Positions 50,921-64,000 of a stretch of DNA of 64,000 nt are shown here, piece by piece; position 1 is the stretch's first letter, and every line of letters begins with the position of its first letter. The notes beneath the pieces were generated by a model. It searched no databases. It was not told the DNA's origin and saw nothing but the letters and a program-made list of their open reading frames with translations. Where the stretch lies: contig NW_026889800.1 in assembly GCF_033153115.1 (NCBI RefSeq), positions 4,154,001 to 4,218,000 of the forward strand. Direction: 5' to 3'. The translations under genes were made by a program, and so were the position numbers. This DNA is from Saccostrea echinata. Lineage: Eukaryota.

Positions 50921-53249
50921 GAAAAAGAAAACTATCTCCGATAAGGGCACATTACGCACTAAGGAAATCGGGCTTTCTGTAGGATTGCAAAGTTATTTAA
51001 ATTCTTTCCTATTTACAATTGGTATCGTAGATAAATTACAATGATTAAATTGATCTATCACATGAAGATTGAGAGGAACCTTTGCTTTAGAGAGCATTTA
51101 AAAAAAACGTAGCTTTAGTATAAAGCATTTAATTTGACAGAGAGACGCTTTCGTGGGAGAGATCTGGGTGAGGAAGACAAAAGAGAGACTGAAGACGTGC
51201 TGAATACAGAAGAAGATGTGGAATAACTAAGTAACTCAAGCCTGATATTGTGTTCTTAGTGTCCCTATATTAAAACAAATAATGAAAACAATTTGATTGT
51301 TTCAATTTTTCATTTTAAACATTGCTCTAGATTCATTGATTACGAAGATGCTTTTGAGCTATATATTTGAAATCCATTCAGGATACTGAAACTGGATTTT
51401 TGTCTTAAAATTTGACTATAAAATGCATAAAGTAACTTGTTTACCTATGTCTGGCATGATGGAAAAGATTTTTGTTATTTAGGTGGCCAAACTTTCAAAA
51501 AGTCGAAATATAGGGCCCAAATATTTTGTTGCCAGAATACTTTAAGCGTACTATTTGGCTGTGTGTTCTTTTTAGAGCCTTTTGGTGGAAAGAAACTTCC
51601 GCTAATTCAAGTACAACGCTAAATATCTCTGCATATATATATATATAAGAACTTTAAGAAATGCGCTAAATCAAATCTACGCTAATTTCTTCAAAAATCA
51701 ATTTCCGCTAAATATCGTACACACAAAGTATAATACATTTACAGTATACTTTGCAATAGCAAACAAAGCTAATTAACGTTTTCGATCCCTTAATAATAAG
51801 AACATATTAAATTTTTTGTTTGTCAATTTATTTTTGTTATTTTCTTTTACCCCAGGCCCCATAAATAAACTAACTTCCAACTCACCTAAAACAATAATCC
51901 ACGTACTTAGAAAAACATGCAAACATAGTGCTACTTATATTTTTCATCAATTGAACAAGGTAAAACAGTATACAGGACACCCTTCGAAAGCCCGATTACA
52001 AAAATTGAATTAACTCTACGCTACTTTGATTATAACAAAACTCTTGTCTTAAGATAAATTCATAATATTTATAGCGTGAAACAGAAGTTTGTTATTTTAA
52101 CACTCTTATTAAGTAGGGTTAAATAATTCACTTTTCATCTGAAAAGGATTGACTTTTTCTGAACGACTGACAAGGTGGATACTTTTGGATTGGGTCTATT
52201 GTCGCGAAACTTTAAGAAATCGGACATATTTTTCAAATCTATTTCCATAGTATCAATTAGTGTGACAAAGCGTTTATAAGCATTACTGCCAAAGTCTCGA
52301 TCTTATAAAAAAACGGAGTTGCTAGTAAGTAATATCTTAAATATGCCAATGCCGTGTAGGAATATATAAACAAATAATGTATATAAACTAAATATAATAA
52401 CTGTATTCCAACTTGCAACAATCCATTAAAAGACTTGTTTTATCATCAGACTGGATTTCGGTTACATCAATTCTTCACGAAAATTTGTTCAGAAATTACA
52501 ATCACTAAAAGTACATGTAGTTGTTATCCGTGTCAAAGCTTATTTGCTTTATCAGATTATATTTTTTGCAAAGTTTGTAAATGCATGCTAAGAAGTTACG
52601 ACAAAACGGATGAACATTTTCTTAACTTAGATTTAAAGCAACTTTACATATGTTCAAGGTTTGGTATTCTAAGTATTGGATGGAATGTTTCAGTCTTCGG
52701 CCATGTAGCATGTAGATTGCTTCACGTATTTTTTTCATTGCTCATACCCACAAAACCATTTATGCTTGAGAACTATATTAAAAAATGTAGTAAAGTGTTA
52801 ACCTTTACATTTACAAAGGATCAAATGCCTTAGAAGTAATCACGGAAAAAGAGCGTATGAAAGAAAAAAATAATTTGTATTCAAGCGGGATCGAGGCGAT
52901 AAAATTTTGATCTCATTACAATACACAGGTTAAATCAAGTTATGCTTAAAGGCTACATCAAACTAAAGAAACAAACCAGTATGGTATACCAGCATTTCCT
53001 TCAAAAATCATCGAAGCGGAGCAAAAAAACCCGGAAAACTAAGGGGGACAGACTGACTGACAGATTGAGGGACAGAGACTTATATATGTCCTTCAGGTTT
53101 TACTGGTAGGGAATACTAAGAAATATAATACATTCATCTGTAATGCTATCATGAAGGAAAACGTTTACATTTATGTATCATTGGTCAATTAGAAATGACG
53201 GAGCACAAGCAGATTTTCGTTAGAAAAGTCTGTTTACAACAGGTTTTGT

Positions 53250-53288
<39 letters not shown>

Positions 53289-53882
53289 TTTACAGTCTTT
53301 GGGTGTGTTTTATATTAGAATTAAGGAATGGCAGTTAAACAAGGTGTAAAGTTATGTTTGTGACCTTTGTTGTATAGTTTTATTTGAAAAGAGCACACTC
53401 GTCGACGAGAGATTCATTTTGAACTTCATTATTTCTAAATGAAAACGGGTGTCTTTCCTTTTCCAAACTATCTAATAAACAATCACTTGTTTTTCCATAA
53501 AATTTTTATCAATTGTATTTAGATATCCCATGACTACAAACAAGTGTTTATTAGTATATTAGACAAGTGGAATTTGAATATTAGTATATTAAATCCTTTA
53601 AAACAGATAACATAGTTGACTCTGTGGAAATAAGCCAAGAACTAGATGGAAAGTCATTGAATGGCTTTTGGTTAATACTTGAGAGTTCAATACATGCATA
53701 TCATTAAATTTCCATTTCATTTCACAATCATTCCATAATTCTACAGAATTGACGATGAAAATTTCATGTTATATGAGTGTTTTCCTTATAAACACTTCGA
53801 ACAATTGTCCATATCATATCAAAGTCCTTTTATTAAAAAAAAAAAAAAAAAAAAAGGAGAGACTGCGTGACATTTGTAGGAC

Positions 53883-54710
53883 ATGTATAACATTCTGACA
53901 CGCAATATGTACTCGATAAATTAATTATGGATATTTCTAACAATTCAGAGAATTTCTGTGGCCATGATGCAGATAAATATATCATGTCCTGTATGTGTTT
54001 GCAGAAACAGAGAAGCAATCTGTACAGATCATGAAGAATTATTAGATTTTATTCCTGCTCTTTCCGAAGACACTCAGAGCCTTCAGTTTATTAACAACGG
54101 TATAAGAAGATTCACAAAAAATGTATTTGTCAATATATCTCAGCTGCATCTAATAAATCGTTTAAAACTAATTGTTTTAAAGTAAAATAATATCATTGAT
54201 AAGGTTGATGAGCAAGCTTTTTGATTCTTCCACATCTTAAAAGGCTTTATTTTGGTGACAACCAGCTTCCATTCTCTAAAATAGAAATCTTATTACAAGG
54301 CCTACAGCGTATTACAATTCAGGAATTGTACCTAACCAAAAATGAACATGACTGAGCTCGAGGAAGATTCGTTTCAGTCAACATCTTCGTTAAAAAGAAT
54401 TGTAATGGATGACAACGAGCTTCCATATTCTGGGGGGCATTCCTTGCCTACAAAGCTAAAATTCTTTTCTCTGTAAAACAACAGAATTGATGACTTTTTT
54501 CTAGGAAGAGTTGCCAAAACTTAAAGTAACCCTATTAAGAAAGAAAAGATTCAAGGATGTTCCAGAATTTTGTCGACACAAGGATAGATATGACTCTAAT
54601 GTTCCAAATTTAAAACTTCTTGATCTCAGTTAAAAATAGCATCTTTTTTTTATAGAAAAAGCAGATGGAAGGAACATGCTTTTTTAGCCTCGAAAATCTT
54701 AATTCTTTAA
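53883..54710 (+). pseudogene. Toll-like receptor / LRR ectodomain pseudogene fragment
   Basis: Signal-like start containing a stop. LRRNT cap SCPVCVCRNREAICT..FIPALSEDTQSLQFINNGI, then LRR pieces (IQELYLTKN, SLKRIVMDDNEL, LKFFSL*NNRI, PNLKLLDLS*). Several stops and frameshifts; cut off by a repeat element. No TM or TIR domain seen. Confidence 0.75.
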
Positions 54711-56151
54711 AATTCTTCTCTCCCTTGTATATAAAACAGATTACCTAGGTGCATAGTTATGATGATCAGAGGTGTCTCTTTAAAAATTGTGAAATTTTTG
54801 TCCCCAGGGTCAAGGGTCCTATGGGGAGGGGAAGGCTCTATTGATTATATAGAGAAAATGCATTATTTCTTTGAAAAATCTTCTTCTCTGCTCCTGTGTA
54901 TCTAGCAAATAAACCAAGTATATAATTATGATGAGCAACGTGCCTCTTCACAAATTGTGAATTTCATGGCATATGGGTCAAGGGTTATTGTGTTAGGATG
55001 GGGCTCTATTGATAGTACAAAAATATATATATAGTGAAAATGCATTATTTATTTGAAAATTTTCTTCTCTGCTCCTAGATATTTAGCAGATAAACTAAGT
55101 GCATGGTTACGGTAATCAAGAGTGCCTCTTTCCAAATTGTGAAATTTGTGGCCCCAAGGTCAGGAGTTTAGTTGCGAAGGGGGGTGGGTGGGTGGGTGGG
55201 CGCTATTGAAGACTTAGTTAAAGTGCATTATTTCTTTGAAAATTTCCTTCTCTTCTCCTGGATATTTTGCACATAGAATAAGTGCATAGTTATAATGAAC
55301 ATGGGTGCGTCTTCCAAAATTCTGAATTTCATAGGTCAGGTTTTCGTGTTAGGGCTGGGTTCTATAGATTATATAGTGAAATTGCATTAATACTTTCTAA
55401 ATCTTCTTCTCTACTCCTGGGTATTTAGCAGATAAACTAATTACATGATAATCAAGAGTGCCTCTTCCAAAATTATGATATTTGTGTCCCCAGGGTCAGG
55501 GGTTCTGTGTGAGGGGATGGGGGCTCTATTGATTATATAGTGAAAGTTCATTATTTCTTTGAAAATCTTCTTTGCTACTGGGTATTCAGCAGAAAAACTA
55601 AGTGCATGGTTATGGTGATCAAGAGTGCCTCTTCCAAAACTGTGACATTTGTGGCCCAAGGGTTCAGGTTTGGGTAGGGGTTGTTGAATATACAGTGAAA
55701 ATGCATTATTTCTTTGAAAATCTTCTCTGCCCTTGGGTATTTAGCAGACAAACTAATTGCATGGTTATAGTGAGCAAGGATGCCTTTTCAAAAGGTTTGA
55801 AATTCATAACCCCTGGGTCAGGGTTTTTTGTGTTAGGGTGGGACTCTTTTGAATGTATAGTAAAAATGCATTATCTCTTTGAAGATCTTCTCTGTCCGTG
55901 GGTTTTAGCAAACATACTAAGTGCAAGGGTGCTTCTTGTGAATTGTGAATTTCTTGGCCCCTGGATCAACCTTAAGATATGTTAAAGGGCACTAAATCAA
56001 TTATTTTGCTGATCCCTGATCATCCTATTTCTTTTGCTTTTCGGCAACATAGCTTCATTTATCAGCTTATTTTATTTTATATTCAATCTTTGGATCCTTT
56101 ACTGTGTTACATTATACTCAGGTGACCGTTAAGGCCCTTGGGCCTCTTGTT
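54710..56151 (+). mobile_element. 5'-truncated HINE-type element with ~7 diverged ~170-bp tandem repeats
   Basis: Recurring atagtgaaaatgcattatttctttgaaaatcttcttctc units; 3' end ctcaggtgaccgttaaggcccttgggcctcttgtt. Confidence 0.85.
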
Positions 56152-56666
56152 CTTATTTCCTGACAAATATTTTACTTGGATCCTTCCTTCTCCTTTAATT
56201 TTGTGACTAAGTTTGATATGCAGGTAGAAGATTATGCAGCAATGAAGCAAAAATGATAATACGTTATTTTAAGTATTAAGAAGTCAGATCTAATCTGCTG
56301 ATAACATGTCATGATTCACTGTTAATGTATATTTTTATTTTTTAAGGGGGGGGGGGGGTGTCAATAGTGTGGTTCACGTCTATGTAACGGATCCTATATT
56401 TTCAATATGGTGGAAATAATTCAACAATTACAGAGTTTACATAGCCAGTGTCGCTTTTATGATGTTGTTACTTTCGATACATCCACGAATAGGCGTAGTA
56501 CTACATGCATGGAACATTAAAATCATGGGACAGGAGATATTAATATTTATTATATATACTTTGCAAGCACATAATTTTATTTCAAAAAGAGATTTGTGAT
56601 TTTTATTAATAAAAGAAATAATTTTAAGAAAATTATAAGACTTGCATGTATTTCATTTCTTATAAA

Positions 56667-57019
56667 ACCGGTCACTGTACCCTAGTGGAAGGCCGCTCGC
56701 TTCGTGATCAGGAGGCCCGGGTTCGATTTTCGTTCGCCGCGCCGCGTCAAACATAAGACATAAACATAGGTAGTGAATCTTTCTTCGTCAAGCGCCTGGT
56801 ACTAGAATTGAAAGTCACGGGTCTTTCGAATGAAACCTTATAAACCAAGGTCCCGTGTGACGGTAGGCGTTGGCACGATAAAGAACCCTCACTGCTCGAT
56901 GGCCCTGAGAGCCGAGTATTGGTCTAAATTTGAAGCCCTTCACCGCTATACGGTGACGTCTCTATATGAGTGAAAAAATCTCGAATGCGACGTTCAACAA
57001 CATACAATCAATCAATTAT
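56667..57019 (+). mobile_element. tRNA-derived SINE, full length, 11-bp TSD
   Basis: TSD tttcttataaa at 56656-56666 and 57020-57030; B box gggttcgatt; (caat)n tail. Confidence 0.88.
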
Positions 57020-58167
57020 TTCTTATAAATAAGAATGATATAAATTGATATTTTGCTTCATTGGAGACACTTTTACTGCTTATGCTCTCCTCACCCATTT
57101 CTTCTTCAAAATGTTCTTCTCTATAATCATATAGCCGATATTTGACACTTTACACATGGTTCAAGGTACATGTGCCGTCACTAAGTCTGAGTGATATGAC
57201 CTTTCATTAGAATTTCTGCGTCCAAAAAATTAGTTCGAGAACAATACTTTCAAATTTTCCCCTTGAAATACTAGCATATTTAAAACTATAGAACTGCTTT
57301 GCATATATTTTGCATTGTTGCATGCATATGTCGAGATAACTACATCGATATCATTACATCTCATGCTTAGATCAATATTTTCAACTCAATATTTTTTGTA
57401 AGTCGATGTACATATAACTTATAGCAACTGCGAGCTCTTAAAGCAGCGTTGGGCGAAGACAAAATTCGGACTTTGCACATTGATCCAAATTTTTTTCCGC
57501 AGTTACATCGAGACCCACGATGCAATGCTTGTTGTTCTCGCTGCTAACTTCGTTCTCGCGGTAACAACAACAAAAAAATTACAAAAACATAAACTCACAT
57601 TAATTTAATAGATATTGCATACAGGTAGTAGATTAAACGTTCTTTGTTAAAATTTTGCACTTTTCAAACTTCGTTCATGGAAATGCAGCTAAAATACGAC
57701 GTTATGTGAAGTCAGAGTCTAGACGTTCCAAATGACTCGTGAGGTTCGAAGAGGGTATCAAAATTAAAACTGAATAGGTATCTGCGCTCGCCCAAACGGT
57801 CGCACCGTTATCATATTAGCAATAAAATCAATCAAATAAAAGAAGGTGCCTTAAACTATGGTCAAACACACAGATACAATTCAAATATGTATATAAATAA
57901 GGAGTATTAACACTTAATATTTTGATAAGAGACTAAAAAAACAATATACAAGTTATAACACAACAAGTTTAGAGACCTGTATGCTTCCGTACAGGACAGG
58001 TCTCTTAGCAGGAGTGTTATATACAAGGAGTTTTGTTTTATAACTGAATACAGTAATAAATAATTTTATATCACGTCCAACATCAATGTGTTTCCATTGT
58101 ATTTTAAATGACAGAAAGGTACATATAGCATCCCGTATATTGCCAAACATCACATTCAAAAACCAAA

Positions 58168-58986
58168 TTTTTAGCTCTACTGGTCAGAGACCAGAAGATC
58201 TTTTGCGATAGTAAGGTGTCCGTCGTCCGTCCGTACGCCTATAAGCATTTTTTTCAAAATGCTACTCATCCAATAGTTTTGGTTTGAATTCAATATAGCT
58301 TGGCACACAAGTAGACTACACTAAGATACATAATTCTGAATATCAGTTTTTGATTTCGATGATCGGTGTTGGCATTGTTACTAAAAATAGAAATTTCCGT
58401 GAAATACTTTCTAAACGCTTCTAGATCTCCTACACTAAGATACATGATTATGTTTATTGGTTTTTGATTGCAATGAATGTGTTGAAATGGTTACTAAAAA
58501 TAGAAATTTCTGTGAAATACTCCTAAAGTTTTGGTCTGATTTCAATATAAGATGACACACAAGTAGATTACTCTACATAATTCTGTTTACTGTTTTCGAT
58601 GTTGGTGAAGTGTAGCCATGGACTAAAAGTAGAAATTTCTGTGAAATATTTCAGAACACTACCCGGCCTACATTTAGGTCTGATTTTAATAGAATTTGGC
58701 ATGTAAGTAGAGTACACTGAGATACATAATTGTCTTTATCGGTTTTTGATTTTGATGAATGATGTTGCCATGTTTAATAAAATCGAAATTAAAAAAAAAC
58801 TCAAAAACCTACCTCTCCTAAAGTTTTAGTCTGATTGCAATAGATCATTCCCACAAAAAAGACTAAACCAAGGATCATCATTCTATCAATTGCTACTGCA
58901 AAGTTTCAAGTCGAAGTGCTACTTTTGTCTTCTTTTGTTATAAATACAAACCAGGAGAGCTACAGTCTCGTCAGAGACTTCTGGTT
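58168..58986 (+). mobile_element. HINE-type element (third family) with ~4 diverged internal repeats
   Basis: 5' ttttagctctactggtcagagaccag, then (gtcc)n, then repeated ctaaaaatagaaatttc units; 3' ccaggagagctacagtctcgtcagagacttctggtt. Confidence 0.8.
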
Positions 58987-59052
58987 AATATTTGTACACA
59001 TATATCATTTTTTCTGAAGCAGGCTGTTTTTCAGGGCTGAAATATTCCTTTT

Positions 59053-59324
59053 TAAGCATTTTGTTCCAAATATCTAAATTAAATTCACTGTCTTCAAACA
59101 GAGGTTAGTTTAACAAAAATGTCAGGGACTTCCGAATTTCTAGATATGACATCATAATATGTAAGGATTTCAAATGATAATTTTCATAAATTGTAATTGT
59201 AAACAGAAAGCATCTGTCTTAGAAGATTTTAATCCCAAAACAAAAGCATTTCTGTCAAGTTGAATAAAAACGTCACAAATTTGTAAAAGTCTCAAGAGCT
59301 GAACTTTCTAACAAGTAATTTCTT

Positions 59325-59379
<55 letters not shown>

Positions 59380-62300
59380 TGCACAGGAAAATATACACTT
59401 TAACATGAGATGTACAAAAAGGAAAATCCTTTAACTAACAGATGAAACAGTTGTTCTAAAATGTACACAGTAATAGGCAAACGTTTGATACGGACATTAG
59501 TTTGAGATCTTTTAATACCTCGTAATACATATTGTAATTAGTCGCAGTTCTGTAAAATATCTCCGTAACCTGGTGTAACATAATGAAAACGAATTCCAGC
59601 TAAGTACATTTCAACACAGATTTACAATGAGTTACAAAGTAAACAAGTACAGTTTCATTTACAGTTGGCAAGCTATCATCCAAAAAATTACTCCATTCAT
59701 ACGTATGAATGAAATAAAGGTCTGTAAAGCTGAACTGTACGTCTGCATGGTAGACCGACCCATAGCGACGCGTCCCATATATAGTCTCTGTAATTCGTGC
59801 CCATCCCTCAACATCTTGGAATGATCCAGGCAGGGAATGGGCTCTGAATTTGAGTGTGGGGCTAGGATTCGAAATTTCCATCTGATAACGAGAAATAGAG
59901 TCTGGGACACATGCCTACAATGTGTTTTGCATGGATGACATAATGATTACTTGCTGCATGAAAAGTCAAAGTTGTCATCAACTTCATAATATAATTATTT
60001 TTCTTTCCCGGCTATGCCACACAGAAAACAAGCCATAATGATAGGATATAGTTCAATGAAAGCCAAGGAAGTTTGCTCTTTCAGAAGGTGCAAAGGTTTG
60101 AAGGTTTCATTTCAGGTGCAAAATGACCTTGGGACCATTCGTTTTGGTAGAATCCTCCAAACGAAACAAATGTGCATCTGTACATCTGTATACAACTGCA
60201 TATCTGCAGCTTATGTAATCTTGTCATTGATGAAAAAAGATATACCATCCCATGAAGGCAGAAACTTTTCCCACATCGAAAGATCACGCAGCTATGTTAA
60301 GGCTTCCCGAAGCTTTAAAATGCGTTCAAAACATAATATGTCATTGCGAGGTCGGTTTTGGTTTTAATTTATAAGTATTGAACTTTAGTACTTCCAATTT
60401 ATATTGAGGGTTTCCTTGGCTATATATTAACATATTTGTTATGATATCACATGACTTTGTTGATCACGTGACGGTCATTTATATTTTTTTGAAGTGTTTC
60501 ATATAAATCGATTCGATTTAACACAATGATTATTAACATTTTGTTATATAAATAAACTCATCGTATCCTTGTGTATCCGAATTGGGAAAAGTCAGAGTAT
60601 TACTTGGGTACAAAATATTTCCTGAGAAATTGAACTTACCTACAAATTTGAGGGTATTTTCCACACAATATCGTAATCTGTATTAAAACAAAGCCAACAC
60701 CCAAGCAAGATTTAGTTAGAGAACAACTTCTTACAGATTTCCACAAAAATTCTCAGATTAATCCTCATTAATCACCTGCGCCAGACTCTTTTATACACAC
60801 AAAATAAATTCTACCTCCAACCACGGGTATAAAACAGAGTACATTTCAAAAGTACATTTTTCATAAGCATTTTGAACATGCTGAATTTCAATCAAGGGTA
60901 GGTTAGCGGTGTAATTTTAAAATTTTCGGACATATAAGACTTAAAAAACCTCTAACGACCAGTGAATTTTGCAATAGCTATCTAGCATTTTACAAGCAGT
61001 TTGAAATAAAGTGTAAAGTTCATGACACTCTCCCCGTCATAACACCTCAAGTTTGCAGTGACTTGACGTCATTTTCCATTATGACGTCATATTTTGGTAG
61101 TTCAGAGATGTGAAGGCACAGAGTGCACTGTGATATTCTACGGGAAGCCTTAACCTACCTGCGCAGCTCTACACATGCTGGTTAGATGTATATGATGATG
61201 CAACATTTTAACGAAGGTAGATACTGATATTAAACGGGAAATGAAAGAACGCCCTGGAAGGATGACTCGACAATCGAGATTCAGGTGTTCTATTAGACTG
61301 AGTAGTTTCCTCTTTGTACCTATGCATTTTTTCATTTTTCGCATTGTTGTTTTTGGAACGGTAACTAGGAAATCGTAACAGTAGTTGCAAAATATTGAAG
61401 ATGTATTTGTTCTCTGCAATCTAGCGAACTGCTGACGATAAGTAATCAAAAATCTCTGGGCTAAAACGGCTACCAAAAACTAATCCTTTGAAGAAATAAT
61501 ACTGGTTGTTCCATTTCACACCGTGGTAAGCCACAGTTTGTGATAAATGGGCATTATTTTGAATGCATCTGTGATGTCTGTTTTTATCAGTAAAGCTCCT
61601 TTCCCCAACTTTTTAATCATCTGAATAGATCATCAAGGTTTACATAACCAAGAGAGAACTCCTCTTTGTCTATCAGCACAAACAAACTATGATGAACATC
61701 ATCATTATTAGGTGCTGGCATGTCTACAATTGAACGTTTTTTCTTGGAATATTTCTTTCTGCCACTCCAATGGGGTTAATACGATATGGGAAAAAGGAGT
61801 CTGGTCAAAAGGTCCATAAAGATATCCTTTACTCACTTCCACTTGAATTAACTCTGTAACAATGTCTGAATGTAACACTGCTGATCTTAAATTCTTGCTT
61901 TCAAAAGACTTATCTGGAATGTTCTGGGTACCTGTATGGCAAACCTATTTCAAGCTATATAATGAATAGTTTGTGAAAGTTTTGTATGGATGATCAGACA
62001 ACAGGTACGTCAATATTAACAGGTGTGGTGATCTCATAGTTGAGATTACTACTTATTTTTGGTTGAGTCGAGGCCACTGATTGGGGCCATTGGGAGTTTT
62101 TTTTAACTGTCACAGTTTAATCTGGAGTGTTCTCCTTTGCATTCGATGCAAATGTGTGTATTCTTACAAGGAGCCAGCAGGTATCCTTTTGCACCATTAA
62201 AACTTTGGAGGTCTCTCTTCCAAAACTAAAATGTCGTTTCCTACCATAGGAATCAACTTCCTTATTGCTTTGTTTCCTGTCCAATGATGTCTTAGAAAGT

Positions 62301-64000
62301 GAGCAAAATCCTGGAAAATGCAATGTGCTGTTGTAAAAAGAACAAGTATAACAATATGTTACAGAACAAAGTATTGTTTCGAACTGACCAGTCCACAAGG
62401 ATGTTATTAAACTCCAAATGTGATGCTGCTATCAGGTTGAACTACCGATGATATTCATAGAAGCCTTTCCCTGGGTAGCGTGTAGCCATTTCAATAATGT
62501 TCATATAGATCAAGTTCAGTTCTTCACTGGGGGTAAGAATTACACATAATGTTTTGGTATATTCAAAGGCCTGGATGAAATCACCCAGTGATAAAACCCT
62601 TTGAAGCCTATAGGGTCTGTAAGTCTCGTCGCGTGACTCGCGAGATTTTTCGATAATATTAACTTCCGGATACCTCACACATGGAGATCTGTATTGGGTT
62701 AAGCATGTTTATGGTTTACACAAAGCGTACAAGGAAAGTTTAAGCAGTTGTACAAAGCCGAAGGGTTCTCCGACTTACGATGGATTAATTGAGTGTCACA
62801 AAAGCTTGGGTGCGAGAAACCAGGAGGAGAATTTCGATCGAAGTAAAGGTAAACAAGTCAGAGAATGTCACCTGTTTTTTGTGTATTCTTGGGGAAAATA
62901 GAAGTGTGTTATATTATATCTCAATAAAATAGTTTTGTAATCATCATTCAAAGTAATTTATTAACAGATTTTTTTTCTTGAATTCGAGGATAATGATGTT
63001 ATTACCAGCTGATTAAGGAGGAGTAGTGTAAGTGTCAGATGGGTACGAACGTCATCTTGTGACTGCATCACCTTTGTTTGGGTAAATAATTTGTTCAGAA
63101 TACGCTTCATTTATCAACAGAAATTTAGCTGTTGCGTGTCAGTGGGTCCAGTTTTTTAAGTATTCAATGTTTGAAAGCACTTATTTCCCAACGATAAGAT
63201 TTTCTTGATATAGTCTACCAATTCTCTCTGCATTTATCATTGAACAAAATTCATATGACTGCAATTATATGACCATATTCTTCAGTTTAGAGAGCATGTT
63301 ATAGAGGATATTTTGGTTATAGTTTCAGTCTGTTTCAGTGTTTGAAATATTCTTTCATCTTACACAAATGTGTACATTAAGATTTATTTTATAGCTAAAG
63401 TACAAGAGAACTGCAGCATCTAAGACTACATGTACATTGACTTTGAATAATCTGTATCCTCAAAAAGGCAACTCAAATATAGGAATGAAATTGATGTCAC
63501 AAAATAAGTTCTTGAACTTACATTTACTCTTATAATACATATAAAGCATATCAAAAATAGAAAAGAATTATAGGTACATCAGGTGACAGCTCAATCATGT
63601 ATAAAATAATAACACAGAGTTTCCAAATGTCAAAAGGGTATTCGATATATTCCATACAAGTTGTCAATCATTTATAAGTGATTTTTACAGAGGTTCATTT
63701 GCATATAAATGTTGTTAACATTGTTTTACTGTCTTTAATAACTTGTAATACTAAATTTTATAAATTGACAAATTCCTTCTTTTTAGAAAGTGCATATAAT
63801 TTGGAAAAGAGACCATCAATCCACTGGGGGGTATCGCATGAAAGCAATGATTACAGAATATTGTAAGGCTGGAGGAGTTATAGTACAACAGGCAGGCAAG
63901 TACTGGTACTTTGTTCTGGAAATTTTCGCCCCAGTTAAGTTTTATTTTTCTCATCCTGCCCTTGTTACAAGTCGGTAAATTTAAAACGGGACAAATTCAA
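59053..64000 (+). repeat. Copy B of the direct duplication of 1-4939
   Basis: See copy A; runs off the window end. Confidence 0.97.
60301..61149. mobile_element. Kolobok-like TTAA MITE (duplicate of 1241-2089)
   Basis: ttaa|ggcttcccg ... cgggaagcc|ttaa. Confidence 0.7.

Larger units (their letters stand above)
57950..62620 (-). mobile_element. Second copy of the degenerate Ngaro/DIRS element, with a possible further YR segment at 57950-58165
   Basis: Identical layout to 330-3560. The extra peptide FLSFKIQWKHIDVGRDIKLF resembles the YR SKTD..G.DIKLF region. Confidence 0.8.

Noticed and set aside
50438-51044. Long ORFs through X runs (also 15538-15777)
   Set aside because: Artefacts of the assembly gaps.

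Overview
AT-rich, intron-containing eukaryotic DNA, not prokaryotic. The repeat families (HINE/Helentron elements with ~166-bp internal arrays, (CAAT)n-tailed tRNA-SINEs, Penelope-like RTs, Ngaro/DIRS) point to a bivalve mollusc, most likely an oyster (inference). There are two assembly gaps (15572-15703, 50467-50920). Host-gene content, mostly invisible in the ORF track because it is spliced: (1) two paralogous multi-exon genes for an unrecognised secreted Cys-rich ~225-aa protein, an intact copy at 33070-42403 and a frameshifted copy from 12053; (2) a single-coding-exon class A GPCR between them, broken by two frameshifts (27919-29214); (3) a very basic secreted SUEL/rhamnose-binding-type lectin (48765-50408); (4) a decayed Toll-like/LRR ectodomain (53883-54710). 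Positions 1-4939 recur at 59053-64000 at about 99.5% identity, so the block may be one unit of a ~59-kb tandem duplication, or a haplotype artefact. The rest is nested transposon debris: Ngaro-type YR retrotransposons, Penelope-like elements, Helentron-type HINEs, Mariner/hAT/Kolobok/Ginger-like MITEs, SINEs and minisatellites. No CRISPR array, rRNA or convincing functional tRNA was found.
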